Shown here piece by piece: positions 8,629-18,500 of a DNA stretch of 64,000 nucleotides (positions are counted from its first letter, which is position 1; the number at the start of each line of letters is the position of its first letter). The position numbers were made by a program, and so were the translations under genes. The stretch lies in sequence record NZ_CP025192.1. One strand, written 5' to 3'. This stretch comes from a plasmid. The notes below the pieces were generated by a model. The model saw only the letters and a program-made list of their open reading frames with translations. It made no database searches and was not told where the DNA came from.

Positions 8629-9255
8629 CACATCCCCGGGGAACGCCGCCTCCGCCTTCGCTGCGGCGGCCGGGCACTACTCGCTCGCCTCTGGCTCACT
8701 CCCGGAGCCCCGCGTCGTCGTGGGTGGCACGCCTCCCAGCGGCAGCGCGACTGGAAACGACGCACCGGGCGTGACCCACTCCTCACCCGGGTCTCCGCCT
8801 GACGGTGACGATCCCGGTTCTGGCCACCGGCAGCGGCACGGCGTCAGCTGAACGGGAGCACCCGGGACTGCCGTCGCACGTCGGCCACTCGACCCACCCC
8901 CTGAAGGGGGTGGGCACGGGAAAGCAGCCTGGCCTCGCCGTCATGGCGACAAGTCTGAGGCCCGGCAACGGCTGCCGTCAAAGGGTGGGTCCTCGCCGTG
9001 CTCGCAGTCCTCGGCTTCGCCTCCGGGCTGCTCCGCGCGGCTCCGGTCCCGGCCTTCGGCCGCCTTTGACGCCATCCGCCGCCGAACCTCGAAGGCATTC
9101 GCAGGACGGGACGAAGAAAAGCCAGCCTCCTTCCCCTCTCCCGGCCGACACCGGGCCTCGCCGGCCCAGACCCGCAGGACGAACAAAGAAAAGATGCGGG
9201 GTGGGTCGTGTAATCAAGCGGTTTATCTCAAGTAAAACAGAATGATTTCCGAGTT

Positions 9256-9290
9256 TTATTGTTGAATATCAGCGTGGATCAGGTATTATC
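9256..9290 (+). promoter_or_regulatory. Near-consensus sigma70-like promoter (TTGAAT-N16-TATTAT) that shares an AT-rich motif with 7619-7650.
   Basis: The sequence ttttattgTTGAATatcagcgtggatcaggTATTATcc is read directly. Confidence 0.4.
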
Positions 9291-9383
9291 CAAATGCGGC
9301 CAACGAGGGCCGCAACAACAAGTCGCCCCCGCCGGTGGTACCAACACCAGACGGGGGCTGACCCGAAACAGGATAAGGCTCAT

Positions 9384-10068
9384 CATGTCCCAGGCTTCCG
9401 GCAACATCGCTCCCGCCACCACCGAGAACAAGGGCGCCGACGCCGCCCGCCCCACCAGGGCGCGCACCACTGCCAAGACTGGCAGGCCCGCCGCGGCGCA
9501 GCCGACGCAGGCTCCCGCTCGCCGCACCCAGGCCAACCGCCAGGGCATCACCCTCGCCGATGCGGGCCGTCTGGCCCCCACCCACGACATGATGAGCAAG
9601 GTCTATCGCGTCTTCGGCCTGGAGCCGGTGGACGTGGACGGCATCGCCACCGCGACCGAAACCAGCCTCATCCAGCAGTCCGAGGACCTGCGTTCCGCCC
9701 TCAGCGACAAGGCCATGGAGATGCATTTCCAGCGCGTCGTCGGCGCCTATGTCGGCAGCGCCTTCGGGGCCGCGCAGTTCTTCGACAGCAAGCGCGCCAC
9801 CGCCCGCGACATGGCCAGCAAGATGAACGACAACCGGGACGAGGACCGCGACGGGCCGAGCGGTTTCGAGAGCAAGGTTGAGCGCGCCCAGAGCTTCGCC
9901 GCCGATATGGCCCGCCAGAGCTACGCCCTCCTTGCCGCAGCCGAGGGCGCCGTTCGCGCCTTCGAGGAAATCACCGGCAACGCCTGGAAGCCCTACGTCG
10001 CCAGCACCCCCGAGAGCCAGGGTCTCGGACGCCAGGCCGCCCAGGCCCGCGCCTCCGCCTTCGACTGA
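9384..10068 (+). CDS. Hypothetical protein that is acidic and helical; this looks typical of the accessory genes on conjugative elements.
   Basis: A GGATAAGG-like SD lies before the ATG. 228 aa with natural composition and no motif recognised. Confidence 0.45.
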
Positions 10069-10400
10069 CACCACCGGGCGGGGGCTTCGGCCTCCGCCCT
10101 TCCCTCCGGCGGCGGCCAGGGGGGCGCCGCCCTCCGGGCTCTGCCCCCCTGGACCCCCCGCAGCCTCATCCCTTGCCGCTCACCCTTGCCGCGCCGCCGG
10201 TTTGCGGTCGGCGCTTCGCGCCGGAGCTTTCTCGCCGCGGCGCCTTCGGCGCCACTCCTTGGCCCTGGCTGAAACCGTGTCCGGGCCATGCCCCCTCCGG
10301 CATGTCAGGGCCGCCGCGTTCGCAACGCCGCTTCGCGACGCCGCGCCCGCCGCAGCCCGGACACGCCAGGGCGCATGGCATCCCACCGTTCCCGCGCGCC

Positions 10401-10778
10401 TCACTCCCCCGGCAGCAGCTGCCACGCCAACGGTACGTTGCCGTCCTCGTCCACCGTCCCCCCGCGCCGCGCCGCGCACACCTGCCGCGCCCGCCCCTGC
10501 TCCCCGACCACCGCGCCTTCCGAGTAGCTCTGCCCGGCGAACACGCACCCCGCCGCCGTCCGCCGCGTCGTCGCCCGCTCCGACCCGAACACGCTCCCCC
10601 CACCCCAGGCCCCCGTCTGGCTCTGGGCCGCACCGAACGGTCCCGCCACCGGCCCGTTGCCGAACAGCCCTCCCCCATTGCCCGGCGTGGTCACCACCGC
10701 CCCCGGCGCATAGCCCGGCGGCAGCAGCGTCTGCGCCATCCCCGCACCCGGCACCAGCAGCACCGCCAGCATCAGCAT
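10401..10778 (-). CDS. Secreted Gly-rich small protein.
   Basis: Signal-peptide-like MLMLAVLLVPGAGMAQ followed by a Gly-rich region and two Cys. Confidence 0.3.
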   Translation of the reverse strand: MLMLAVLLVPGAGMAQTLLPPGYAPGAVVTTPGNGGGLFGNGPVAGPFGAAQSQTGAWGGGSVFGSERATTRRTAAGCVFAGQSYSEGAVVGEQGRARQVCAARRGGTVDEDGNVPLAWQLLPGE

Positions 10779-11034
10779 TCGCGTCACGTCGAGGCCTCCT
10801 CCGATCCGCGGCGCCTTCCCCGCGCCGCCGCCGACACCCTCGCGCCGCCTCTTGCGAACGGCATCCCTCGCGTCGCTCGACACCGCGCGCGCCGTTCGCA
10901 TCGCTCCCTGTCAGGCTTCACAGATGCCCGACACCCTGCCAGACTTCCTTGTCCCCACCGCAAGACTTGCCGAGCGCGTTGCGGAATCCGGAACCTGTGT
11001 TCAACGCGAACACACCGCCGCCGCACCCACCACC

Positions 11035-11256
11035 ATGTCCGGCACTCGCCTCGGCCGCTGCCTCATCGTCATCGGCTGGGCCGAGCGTGAGCTCGCCCGC
11101 CGCACCGGCCGACACCAGACCCAGATCCGCCGCTGGCTCGGGGGTGCCTCTCCCGTCCCACCGGACGTCGCTGCCTGGATCGAGGACCTGGCTGCCTTCG
11201 TCGCGGCCCATCCCGGGCCGCGCCTGGCCGGCCTCAGCCGCCTCGCCGACCGCTGA
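11035..11256 (+). CDS. Small helix-turn-helix DNA-binding protein.
   Basis: GWAERELARRTGRHQTQIRRWLGG is an HTH-like motif. The start is uncertain within ORF 10852-11256. Confidence 0.35.
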   Translation: MSGTRLGRCLIVIGWAERELARRTGRHQTQIRRWLGGASPVPPDVAAWIEDLAAFVAAHPGPRLAGLSRLADR

Positions 11257-11422
11257 ACGCCAGGATCAGCACCACGAACCCGATCGCGCCACACCAGCCG
11301 ATCTGTGCCACCTCGCGCGCCTGCGGCCCGCTCGCCAGTAGCGCGCCCAGCACGCAGAACCCCGCTCCGGCGGCGAACCACGCTACCCCCGGCGGCAGCG
11401 TCCGCCGCATCCTGTCCAGCAT
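11234..11422 (-). CDS. Small membrane protein.
   Basis: 62 aa with two hydrophobic segments. Confidence 0.25.
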   Translation of the reverse strand: MLDRMRRTLPPGVAWFAAGAGFCVLGALLASGPQAREVAQIGWCGAIGFVVLILAFSGRRGG

Positions 11423-11552
11423 CCCGGTTCTCCCGATCCGCGCGCCCCGAGCGTCGCACCGGCCAGTATGCTATCGGACCCCGAGGGAAGTCCCGTGCCT
11501 CGCCGCCTCGGGGCCGCCCCCCGCCAGACGGCGGGAGGCGGCCCGCCTGTGA

Positions 11553-11972
11553 TCACCCGGCAGGGCGCGTGTAGTCGAAGCCTGGCCGCCCGTTGCTCAT
11601 CATCGCTGGCGTGCAGTGCGCGTTCGGATTGTTCGCGCTCCGCCAGGGCTTCACCTTATCAGCTTCCAACCATCCGGGCTGCCCGTTCATGTGCAGGACC
11701 TGGATGAAGTTGCCTTCCTGCCTTCTCGGTGTCGCCACAATCACCGTCTCGGACGCGACGCCGATCTGTTTCGCGGTCGGCGATGGCTGATCCCGGATTG
11801 GCGGCAGATTCTCGAACACCAGCATCTGCTCGTTGGTCAGGTTGAGCATCATGCAGGAATAGCCCTGGATATGGCCGGTCACATGCAGGGAGCGTGGCCC
11901 CTGTTGTGCCGACGCCACGGCGCATAATCCAAGAAGGGCTGCTCCGATCAGCGGAGCGAGTGCAAACTTCAT
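11553..11972 (-). CDS. Secreted hypothetical protein.
   Basis: N-terminal signal peptide MKFALAPLIGAALLGLCAVASAQQ. Codon usage is less GC-biased than the surroundings. Confidence 0.45.
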   Translation of the reverse strand: MKFALAPLIGAALLGLCAVASAQQGPRSLHVTGHIQGYSCMMLNLTNEQMLVFENLPPIRDQPSPTAKQIGVASETVIVATPRRQEGNFIQVLHMNGQPGWLEADKVKPWRSANNPNAHCTPAMMSNGRPGFDYTRPAG

Positions 11973-11984
11973 GTCTCAAACTCC

Positions 11985-12854
11985 TCAGATGCCGATCAGG
12001 ACTGACTGATAGGCGGCATCGCCCATCTTGGCCGCCACCGAAGCGCGCCATTGCCCGACGGTCGTCGTGGAGGTGATGCCGTTGCTCGAAAGTTGTGAAG
12101 CGCTGTAGCTGCTTAGCACGTTGCTCATGAGATCGGAGCTGTCGGCCTGTGCAAGCTTCACCGTATACGCCGTTCCGAAATTGTACCCGCCCCGCACGTC
12201 CAGCACCGTGGGATTGCTGATCCCGGCCGCCTGCAGCTTTTCGGCATAGGAACGGAGAAGGGCCGCCGCCGAGATCGCTTGGTTCGCCGGGTCCATCGAA
12301 CCGTCCACTCCGCGCTCGACCGTACCGGCCAGGCTCGCGTTGTAGCTCACCGCCTGTGTCAGGCCGCTCTCGAACGTGCTGTCCAGCATCTGGAACGCTC
12401 CCCGGATGCTGCTCCCCGAACTGGCCGACACGTTCTGGCAACCGCTCTCCACGAGGCATGTCGCCGCCAATGCCGAGGGGTTCACCCCCAGCGACGTCGC
12501 CGCCTCGCTCGCCGCCGTCCCCCAGGAGCGCGACGTCATCACGTCCAGCGCCGTGCTGCTGCCCGCCGCCGTCGCATCGCCACTCCCCGATCCCCCGTCG
12601 CTCGATCCGCTCCCCGTCGTCGACGCTGTCCCCTGGCTTGGCGTGATGCTGAACGAACCCAGCCCGATCTCCAGCACCCGTGGAATCACCTGCTCCGGCA
12701 CCCCGTTCATCGTCACGGTGCCCGATTGCGCCAGCGCCACCCCCGCCGGCCCGGTGATCACCAAGGCCACCCCCAGCATCATCCCGGGGCTGTCCAGGCC
12801 CCCTCCGCCTCGATATCGCTTCATCGCCGTCGCCTCCTTCGCGACGGCGACCAT
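11985..12854 (-). CDS. Lytic transglycosylase (SLT domain, VirB1-like) with a signal peptide.
   Basis: ATCLVESGCQ....RGAFQMLDSTF matches the SLT catalytic E-S ... G-(L/A)-(M/F)-Q pattern. N-terminal hydrophobic signal. It sits downstream of the transfer-associated genes. Confidence 0.55.
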   Translation of the reverse strand: MVAVAKEATAMKRYRGGGGLDSPGMMLGVALVITGPAGVALAQSGTVTMNGVPEQVIPRVLEIGLGSFSITPSQGTASTTGSGSSDGGSGSGDATAAGSSTALDVMTSRSWGTAASEAATSLGVNPSALAATCLVESGCQNVSASSGSSIRGAFQMLDSTFESGLTQAVSYNASLAGTVERGVDGSMDPANQAISAAALLRSYAEKLQAAGISNPTVLDVRGGYNFGTAYTVKLAQADSSDLMSNVLSSYSASQLSSNGITSTTTVGQWRASVAAKMGDAAYQSVLIGI

Positions 12855-12908
12855 CCTTCCAGACCCCCGTGCGAATGACGGTCCGTCCGGTCGCGACGAT
12901 GGTTTCCC

Positions 12909-13574
12909 TCAGCGCGTCGGCGCCGCCGGCCGGGCTGGCGTGGGCGGCAGCCCACGCGTCAGGTGCCCCTCCATCCTGCACCACATCTCCCCGTTCTGCG
13001 CCGTCACCATCCGCTCCTGGCACCGCTGCACCGTGACCCCAAGCGCCGCAGAGTCCTGCCAGAACGAGATCAGGTAGCCCGCCAGGAACACCCCCACGAA
13101 CGCCAGCGCCCCGCGCGTGTAGAACCCCGCCCGACGCCGCCGGTCGTAGGCCACCTCCTTGATGACCAGGCTCCCCCGCAGGGAATCCACGATCCCCGGC
13201 GCGACCTCCTGGACCATCCGCTCGATGACCCGCTTCCGCTCCACGTCGTTGGCCACCGCCGCGGCCTGTGCCTGCGCCGTCGTCGCGTTGGCCAGCCGGG
13301 TCGCCTCCCGCAGGCGTTCGAGTTCCTCCCGGCTCTGCACCTGCGCGGCCGCCACCACGCCACGCAGATCCTCTCCCATCCCCACGGCCATGCTGGCGAA
13401 CGCCCGCTGCGTCCCCGCCATGGCAGCCACGAAGGCCGCCTCCGGGTGCCCGGGAATCACGTCGAGCGCATCGAGCGCTCGCATGAGCTCGCGTTGCGCG
13501 TCCTCCAGGTCCTCCCGCGCCCGTTGGCCGCGCTCGACCAGCCCCGAGACCGTCGATGTCTGCATCCCGTCCAT
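12909..13574 (-). CDS. Coiled-coil protein with a C-terminal transmembrane helix (TraM-like position).
   Basis: Internal start MDGMQT gives a one-nt TGATG overlap with the upstream ATPase gene. Central Ala/Gln-rich coiled coil and a C-terminal TM helix (ALAFVGVFLAGYLISFW). Confidence 0.4.
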   Translation of the reverse strand: MDGMQTSTVSGLVERGQRAREDLEDAQRELMRALDALDVIPGHPEAAFVAAMAGTQRAFASMAVGMGEDLRGVVAAAQVQSREELERLREATRLANATTAQAQAAAVANDVERKRVIERMVQEVAPGIVDSLRGSLVIKEVAYDRRRRAGFYTRGALAFVGVFLAGYLISFWQDSAALGVTVQRCQERMVTAQNGEMWCRMEGHLTRGLPPTPARPAAPTR

Positions 13575-14392
13575 CACTCGGCCGCCTCCGCGGGCGCCGG
13601 CGTCGCCACGGGAAGCCTCGGCAGCCAATCCGGATTGATCTCGCCGAAGAACGCCGGCATCGCCTTCTGCCACCAGGTCGCCACCCGCGAGCGGTCGAAG
13701 ATCGAGGTCGGCGGGAACCCGGCCACCTGCTTCCCGTTCGCCGCGTCCGAGAAGCTCAGCCCCCGATCCGTCACCTGCGCCATGCAGCTGAGCGCCGGCA
13801 TCATCACGACCTCGGCACCCTTCTTCATGGCGGCCTTGAAGGTCTCGTGCTCGTAGATCTTGCCGAAAGCGAACTCGGCGTTCCGGCCGGACTTCAGCAG
13901 CCCCCGGTTCAGCACCAGCAGCGTCGCCTCGGGGCTGAACATTCCCTCGCCGGCACAGTTGTTCAGGTAGTCCAGGTCCGCGAACTCGGACCCGAGCAGG
14001 TGGACCGCCACCGGCCGGATGCCTGCCGCCTCCAGCTGCTCGACCAGTTGCGTCTCCTCCGCCAGCTGCGTCAGCGCCGTCTCACCGCCGCCGACGTCCA
14101 GGATCGCGTCGTAACGCTGCTCGATCTGCTCCATCATCCGGCCCTCGATCCAGGCCATCGTGTCCTCGGCACCGCCCTGCGGGGCCGACACGGCCTCCCC
14201 GTCGAACCGGTTGAGCGTGTGCGTGCTGTTCGCCTGGTCGGCGTTCCACAACCGCAGGTCCGCCCCTCGTTCCTTGAAATACTGGCCGACCGCATTGAGA
14301 AAGGTGGTCTTGCCCACCCGCTGCCGGCCGATCGCGATCAGCAGCACGGGCTTGCGCCCGTCCTGCGGGGTCTGGTTCCGGGTTTTGCTCAT
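13574..14392 (-). CDS. TraL-like ParA/MinD-fold P-loop ATPase (conjugal transfer accessory).
   Basis: Deviant Walker A IAIGRQRVGKTTFLNAVGQY. The gene lies between a basic DNA-binding protein gene and a coiled-coil protein gene, the same order as traK-traL-traM in the RP4 leader operon. Confidence 0.55.
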   Translation of the reverse strand: MSKTRNQTPQDGRKPVLLIAIGRQRVGKTTFLNAVGQYFKERGADLRLWNADQANSTHTLNRFDGEAVSAPQGGAEDTMAWIEGRMMEQIEQRYDAILDVGGGETALTQLAEETQLVEQLEAAGIRPVAVHLLGSEFADLDYLNNCAGEGMFSPEATLLVLNRGLLKSGRNAEFAFGKIYEHETFKAAMKKGAEVVMMPALSCMAQVTDRGLSFSDAANGKQVAGFPPTSIFDRSRVATWWQKAMPAFFGEINPDWLPRLPVATPAPAEAAE

Positions 14393-14393
14393 C

Positions 14394-14912
14394 CTACTGG
14401 CTCCTGCCGATCCTGAGCGCCCGGTCCGAATGCCGGAGCCGTGCCCTCAACTTGTCCATCTTCGCCTGCACCTCGGGCGGAAGGTCCGCGTCCGCCGGCG
14501 CCGGCGTGGATGAGGTGCCACCGTCCGACGCGAACGGCGGATGCGATTTTGGCGGGATGGGGGGATCGGGTCGCCGCTCGACCCCCGGGGGCGGTTGGGT
14601 GGTCTTCGGCGAGCGGTTTGCCTTCCGACCTTTTGCTTTGAGCGGCCTGTCTGCGGCACGGCGGTCAGCCTCTAGGCATACACGGCCCCACAATTGGATC
14701 AGGGATGGCACGCTGAGCTTCTGGCCATGCTTGCCGACGACGCCGGCCGCATGAAGCTTCTCCTGGATGGTCTCCCATCCAGGCCGGTCCTGGCGGAGCA
14801 CCTGGGCGAACTCGACATGCCGATCCAGCAGCCATTTGAAGGCTTCCGAGTGCCCTGGGGGCGGCTTCTCTCGGGATGCTCGTCGGATGGCTTTAAGCGT
14901 TGGGTCCTTCAT
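14394..14912 (-). CDS. Basic, Pro-rich DNA-binding protein (TraK-like candidate for oriT binding).
   Basis: 172 aa, highly basic. It is the first gene of the operon divergent from the relaxase operon, across a roughly 320-bp gene-free region. Confidence 0.35.
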   Translation of the reverse strand: MKDPTLKAIRRASREKPPPGHSEAFKWLLDRHVEFAQVLRQDRPGWETIQEKLHAAGVVGKHGQKLSVPSLIQLWGRVCLEADRRAADRPLKAKGRKANRSPKTTQPPPGVERRPDPPIPPKSHPPFASDGGTSSTPAPADADLPPEVQAKMDKLRARLRHSDRALRIGRSQ

Positions 14913-15234
14913 TAGACAGACCGCCCCAAGAGACTGAGGCGTGACCGCACCGCGGCCGAAGCCTGCATGCCTCGCTCACGTCCGGTGCGTGTGGCCCTCA
15001 CGTCAGCTTCACGTCCAGCTTCGATGGAACTCATTTCGGCGTTACGCCGGGACCATGTGGCGCTCACGCGGCGTGAAGGTGCCGCCAATGTCCGGTTAAC
15101 GTGGAAAGTCAGAGTCCATACACCAATGCACCGATGGTGCGCGGGCCTGCGGCCCAATCCTCGCTCCGACACGTCGATACCTCCATTCGCAAGCCTCCCT
15201 GGCAGTCTCCCTCCCCACCAGAAGGAGGTCCGCC
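14913..15234. promoter_or_regulatory. Candidate oriT and divergent promoter region.
   Basis: Gene-free region between divergent transfer operons. It contains three direct repeats YTCACGTCM, one inverted copy (ACGTGgaaag) and the palindrome tcacgcGGcgtga. Confidence 0.4.
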
Positions 15235-15549
15235 ATGGACGAGCCACCCAACACCAATCCCTTGCGAACGGCCGGATCGGCGGAAGTCCTCCGCCGCCTC
15301 GATCACCAGGACACCGTCCTGCGCCTCCTCGGCGAGCAGCTGGCGGCCATCATCAAGCTGCTCACGCCGGCTCCCCAGGAGGGGCCCACCACCACCGAGA
15401 TGCTCCAAGCCATCGTCGCCCTGCTCGGCGAGCACACGCCCCTGCTGCGCGATCTCGAGGGCCACGCCCTCAACCTCACGCGGGAGCTGCCCCGCCTGGT
15501 CGCCCACGAGGTCGTCCTGGCCCAGCGCTTCGGGGAGCGCCAGCCATGA
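15235..15549 (+). CDS. Relaxosome accessory protein (TrwA/TraJ-like position).
   Basis: 104-aa gene immediately upstream of the relaxase, coupled to it by an ATGA overlap. Confidence 0.4.
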   Translation: MDEPPNTNPLRTAGSAEVLRRLDHQDTVLRLLGEQLAAIIKLLTPAPQEGPTTTEMLQAIVALLGEHTPLLRDLEGHALNLTRELPRLVAHEVVLAQRFGERQP

Positions 15550-18500
15550 TGACCTTCCGCAAGCTCGCCGCCGCCAGCTCCGGCAAGCTGCTCCGCGCCT
15601 ACTTCACCGAGAGCGCCCCCGAGCCGGCCTTCGATCCGGCGGTCACACCAGGGAAGCATCTCGATCCCGGCGGGCGGCTGACCGCCTACTACACCCGCCG
15701 CGACAGCCGGGCCTCCTGGCGGCCGGACATGCCCATGGCCATCGCCGAGGCCCTCGGCATCGACGTCTCCCGCATGCCGAAGGACGAGGCGCTCGACCGC
15801 CTGTTCGAGGCCAGGCGGGCCGATACCGGCGAGGCCTGGTCGGGCCAGAAACGCGAGATCAGCGCCCTCGACCTGACCCTCGCCCCGCACAAGTCGGTTT
15901 CCCTGGCCGCCGAGTTCGCCGCCACGCCGGCCGAGCGCGCCGCGATCTGGCACGCCATCGACCGTGCCAACGACGCCACCATGCGCTACGTCGCCGCCGA
16001 GCTGGGCTGGGCCCGCAAGGGACAGGGCGGCGCGCTGGGCGCCGACCCCGGGGCGGTCGGCTGGGTCAGCTTCCGCCACCACACCGCCCGGCCGACCGTC
16101 TCGGTCCGCGACGGCAAGGAGGGGGCCACCTACCTCGCCACGGTTGCCACCATGGACGGCGACCCCCACGCCCATATCCACAACGCCCTGTTCAACGCCG
16201 TCGTCACCGAGGACGGGCGGGTCGGCTCCCTCGACACCAAGGCGCTGACCGGGACCCGCCTGCACGAGTTCGGCGCCTACTTCCAGGCCCGGCTGGCGGA
16301 CCACCTGCGGGAGCTGGGGGCGCGGGTGTCCTACGACCGCCAGCAGCAGGCGGTGGTGCTCGACGCCATCCCGCAGGCGGCCTCCGACCTGTTCTCCAAG
16401 GGCCGCCGGCAGGTCGAGCGGTCCGCCAAGGCCTACGCCACGAGCCAGGGCCTCGACTGGGACACCCTCTCCGCCGAGGGCAAGTTCAAGATTCTCGCCG
16501 TCACCGGCCTCGCCACCCGCCTGGAAAAGAACGGCCCCAAGGGCGACCGGGAGATCTGGCTGGCCCAGGCCGAGGCCATCGGCTGGAAGCACACCACCGT
16601 CATGGACGAGGTGGCCCACCCGAAGCTGTCGGACGCCGAGCGGTTCGACGCCGCCTACCGCTTCGCGGCCCGGCACCTCGCCACCGAGTTCCGCACCGCG
16701 GCGGTGATCGACCACGACAAGCTGCGCCTCTACGCCGCCCGGGGCCTGATCGGCACCGGCATCGCCGGCGGCACCGGGGACATCGACCGGGTGGTGGCGC
16801 TGATCGAGCGGCGCGGCATCACCCTGCGCGGCGAACAGGTCGCCCTCGTCGTCGGCCTCTCGGGCGACAAGGTGCGGGTGACCAACACCGCCCAGCTGCG
16901 GCTGGAGGAGGCGCTGCAGGCCGAGGCCCACCGGGCGGCGCGCGACCGCTCCGGCGCCCTGCCGGCCCGCGCCATCACCGCGGCGATCGACGCCGTCATC
17001 GGCGCCGGGCAGCTCGACCTCACCCGCGAGCCCGCCCATGCCGCCGCCCAGCGCGCGGCGATCTACGCCCTGGGCCAGGGCGGGGCGCTGTCGATGCTCA
17101 CCGGCGTCGCCGGCGCGGGCAAGACCACGCTGCTGCGGCCGCTGGTCGCCGCCTGGCAGGCCGACACGCGCTTCGCCGCGGGCGGCCGGGAGGTGATCGG
17201 CACGGCGACGGCCTGGCGGCAGGCCAGCGCCCTGGGGGAGGCCGGCATCGGCCAGACCCTGGCCATGGACCCGCTGCTGAAGGCCATCGAGGCCGGGCGG
17301 ATCGTGCCGACCCGCAACACGGTGCTGGTGATCGACGAGGTGAGCCAGGTCGCCCCCCGCGCCCTGCTGACGCTGCTGCAGGTGCAGGCGCGCACCGGCA
17401 TGACCCTCAAGGTGCTGGGCGACCGCGAGCAGGCGCAGTCGATCGAGGCGGGCGACGCGGTGGAGCTGATGCGCCGGGCGCTGCCGCGCGCGGAGCAGAC
17501 GGAGATCCTCGACACCGTGCGGCAGCGCAGCCTGGAGGACCGCCAGATCGCGGGGCTGTTCCGCGAGGGGCAGGCGGGCGAGGCGCTGGCCCGCAAGCGG
17601 GCGCGGGGCGACGGCTCGGCCCGGCTGCTGGGCGGCGACCAGGACCAGGTGGTGGAGCAGATCGCCGACCACTACCTGGCCCGGCGCGACGCCCTGCTGG
17701 CCGCTGGCTCGAAGCTGGAGGTGACCGTCTCGGCGCCGACCAACGAGGACGTGGCCGACATCAGCCGGGCGGTGCGCGCGCGGATGCGGGCGCGCGGCGA
17801 GATCGGCGCCGACGAGGTGGTCTACCGGGCCATCGACCAGCGCGGCGAGACCTACGACCTGCCGATCGCCACGGGCGACAGGGTGCGCCTGTTCCGGCGG
17901 ACCATGGGTCGGATCGACGGCAAGGTGGCGAACTTCGGCAGCAACGGCGACACCGTCACGGTGCTCGGCCGCACCGAGGCCGGCCTGCTGTTGCGCGACA
18001 AGACGGGGCGGGTGGGCGAGGTGGAGTGGCGCCGGCTGACGGACGGGGCGACGGGGCGGCTGCTGCTGGGCTTCGGGCACGCCCTGACGGTGGACGCGGC
18101 GCAGGGCATCACCTCGGGCGAGCACATCAACGCCCTGCCGCGCGGCACCGCCGGCGTCACCGCCTTCAAGGGCTACGTCGCCGAGAGCCGGGCGAAGGGC
18201 ACGACCTGGACCATGATCTCGGAGGCGGCCACCTTCGAGGCGGTCAAGCGCGGCCGCGCCCTGGGCGACGCCACGCCCATCACCAGCGAGGATCTCTGGG
18301 CCAAGGCGGCAGAGGGGCTGGCGCAGAAGCCCTACAAGCCGCTCGGCAGCGACCTGCTCTCCGACATCCGGGAGGGCAGGGAGAAGGCCACCCTGTCCTT
18401 CATCCGCTTCCAGCACCTGGTGGAGACGGCCGAGCACCAGGGGCGCGACCTCGGCCGCGAGATCCGGGAGCACCGGCAGGCGGTGGCCCTGCAGGCGGCG

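Noticed and set aside
9878-11341. 487-aa Pro/Ala/Arg-rich plus-strand ORF.
   Set aside because: The composition (PRA repeats) is characteristic of non-coding high-GC sequence read in frame. Only short sub-segments (a secreted Gly-rich protein on the minus strand, an HTH on the plus strand) look plausibly real.
11659-13077. The 454-aa minus-strand and 233-aa plus-strand ORFs that overlap the SLT and coiled-coil genes.
   Set aside because: Gly/Arg/Asp-rich artefacts. The alternative minus frames encode an SLT domain and a coherent transfer-operon layout.
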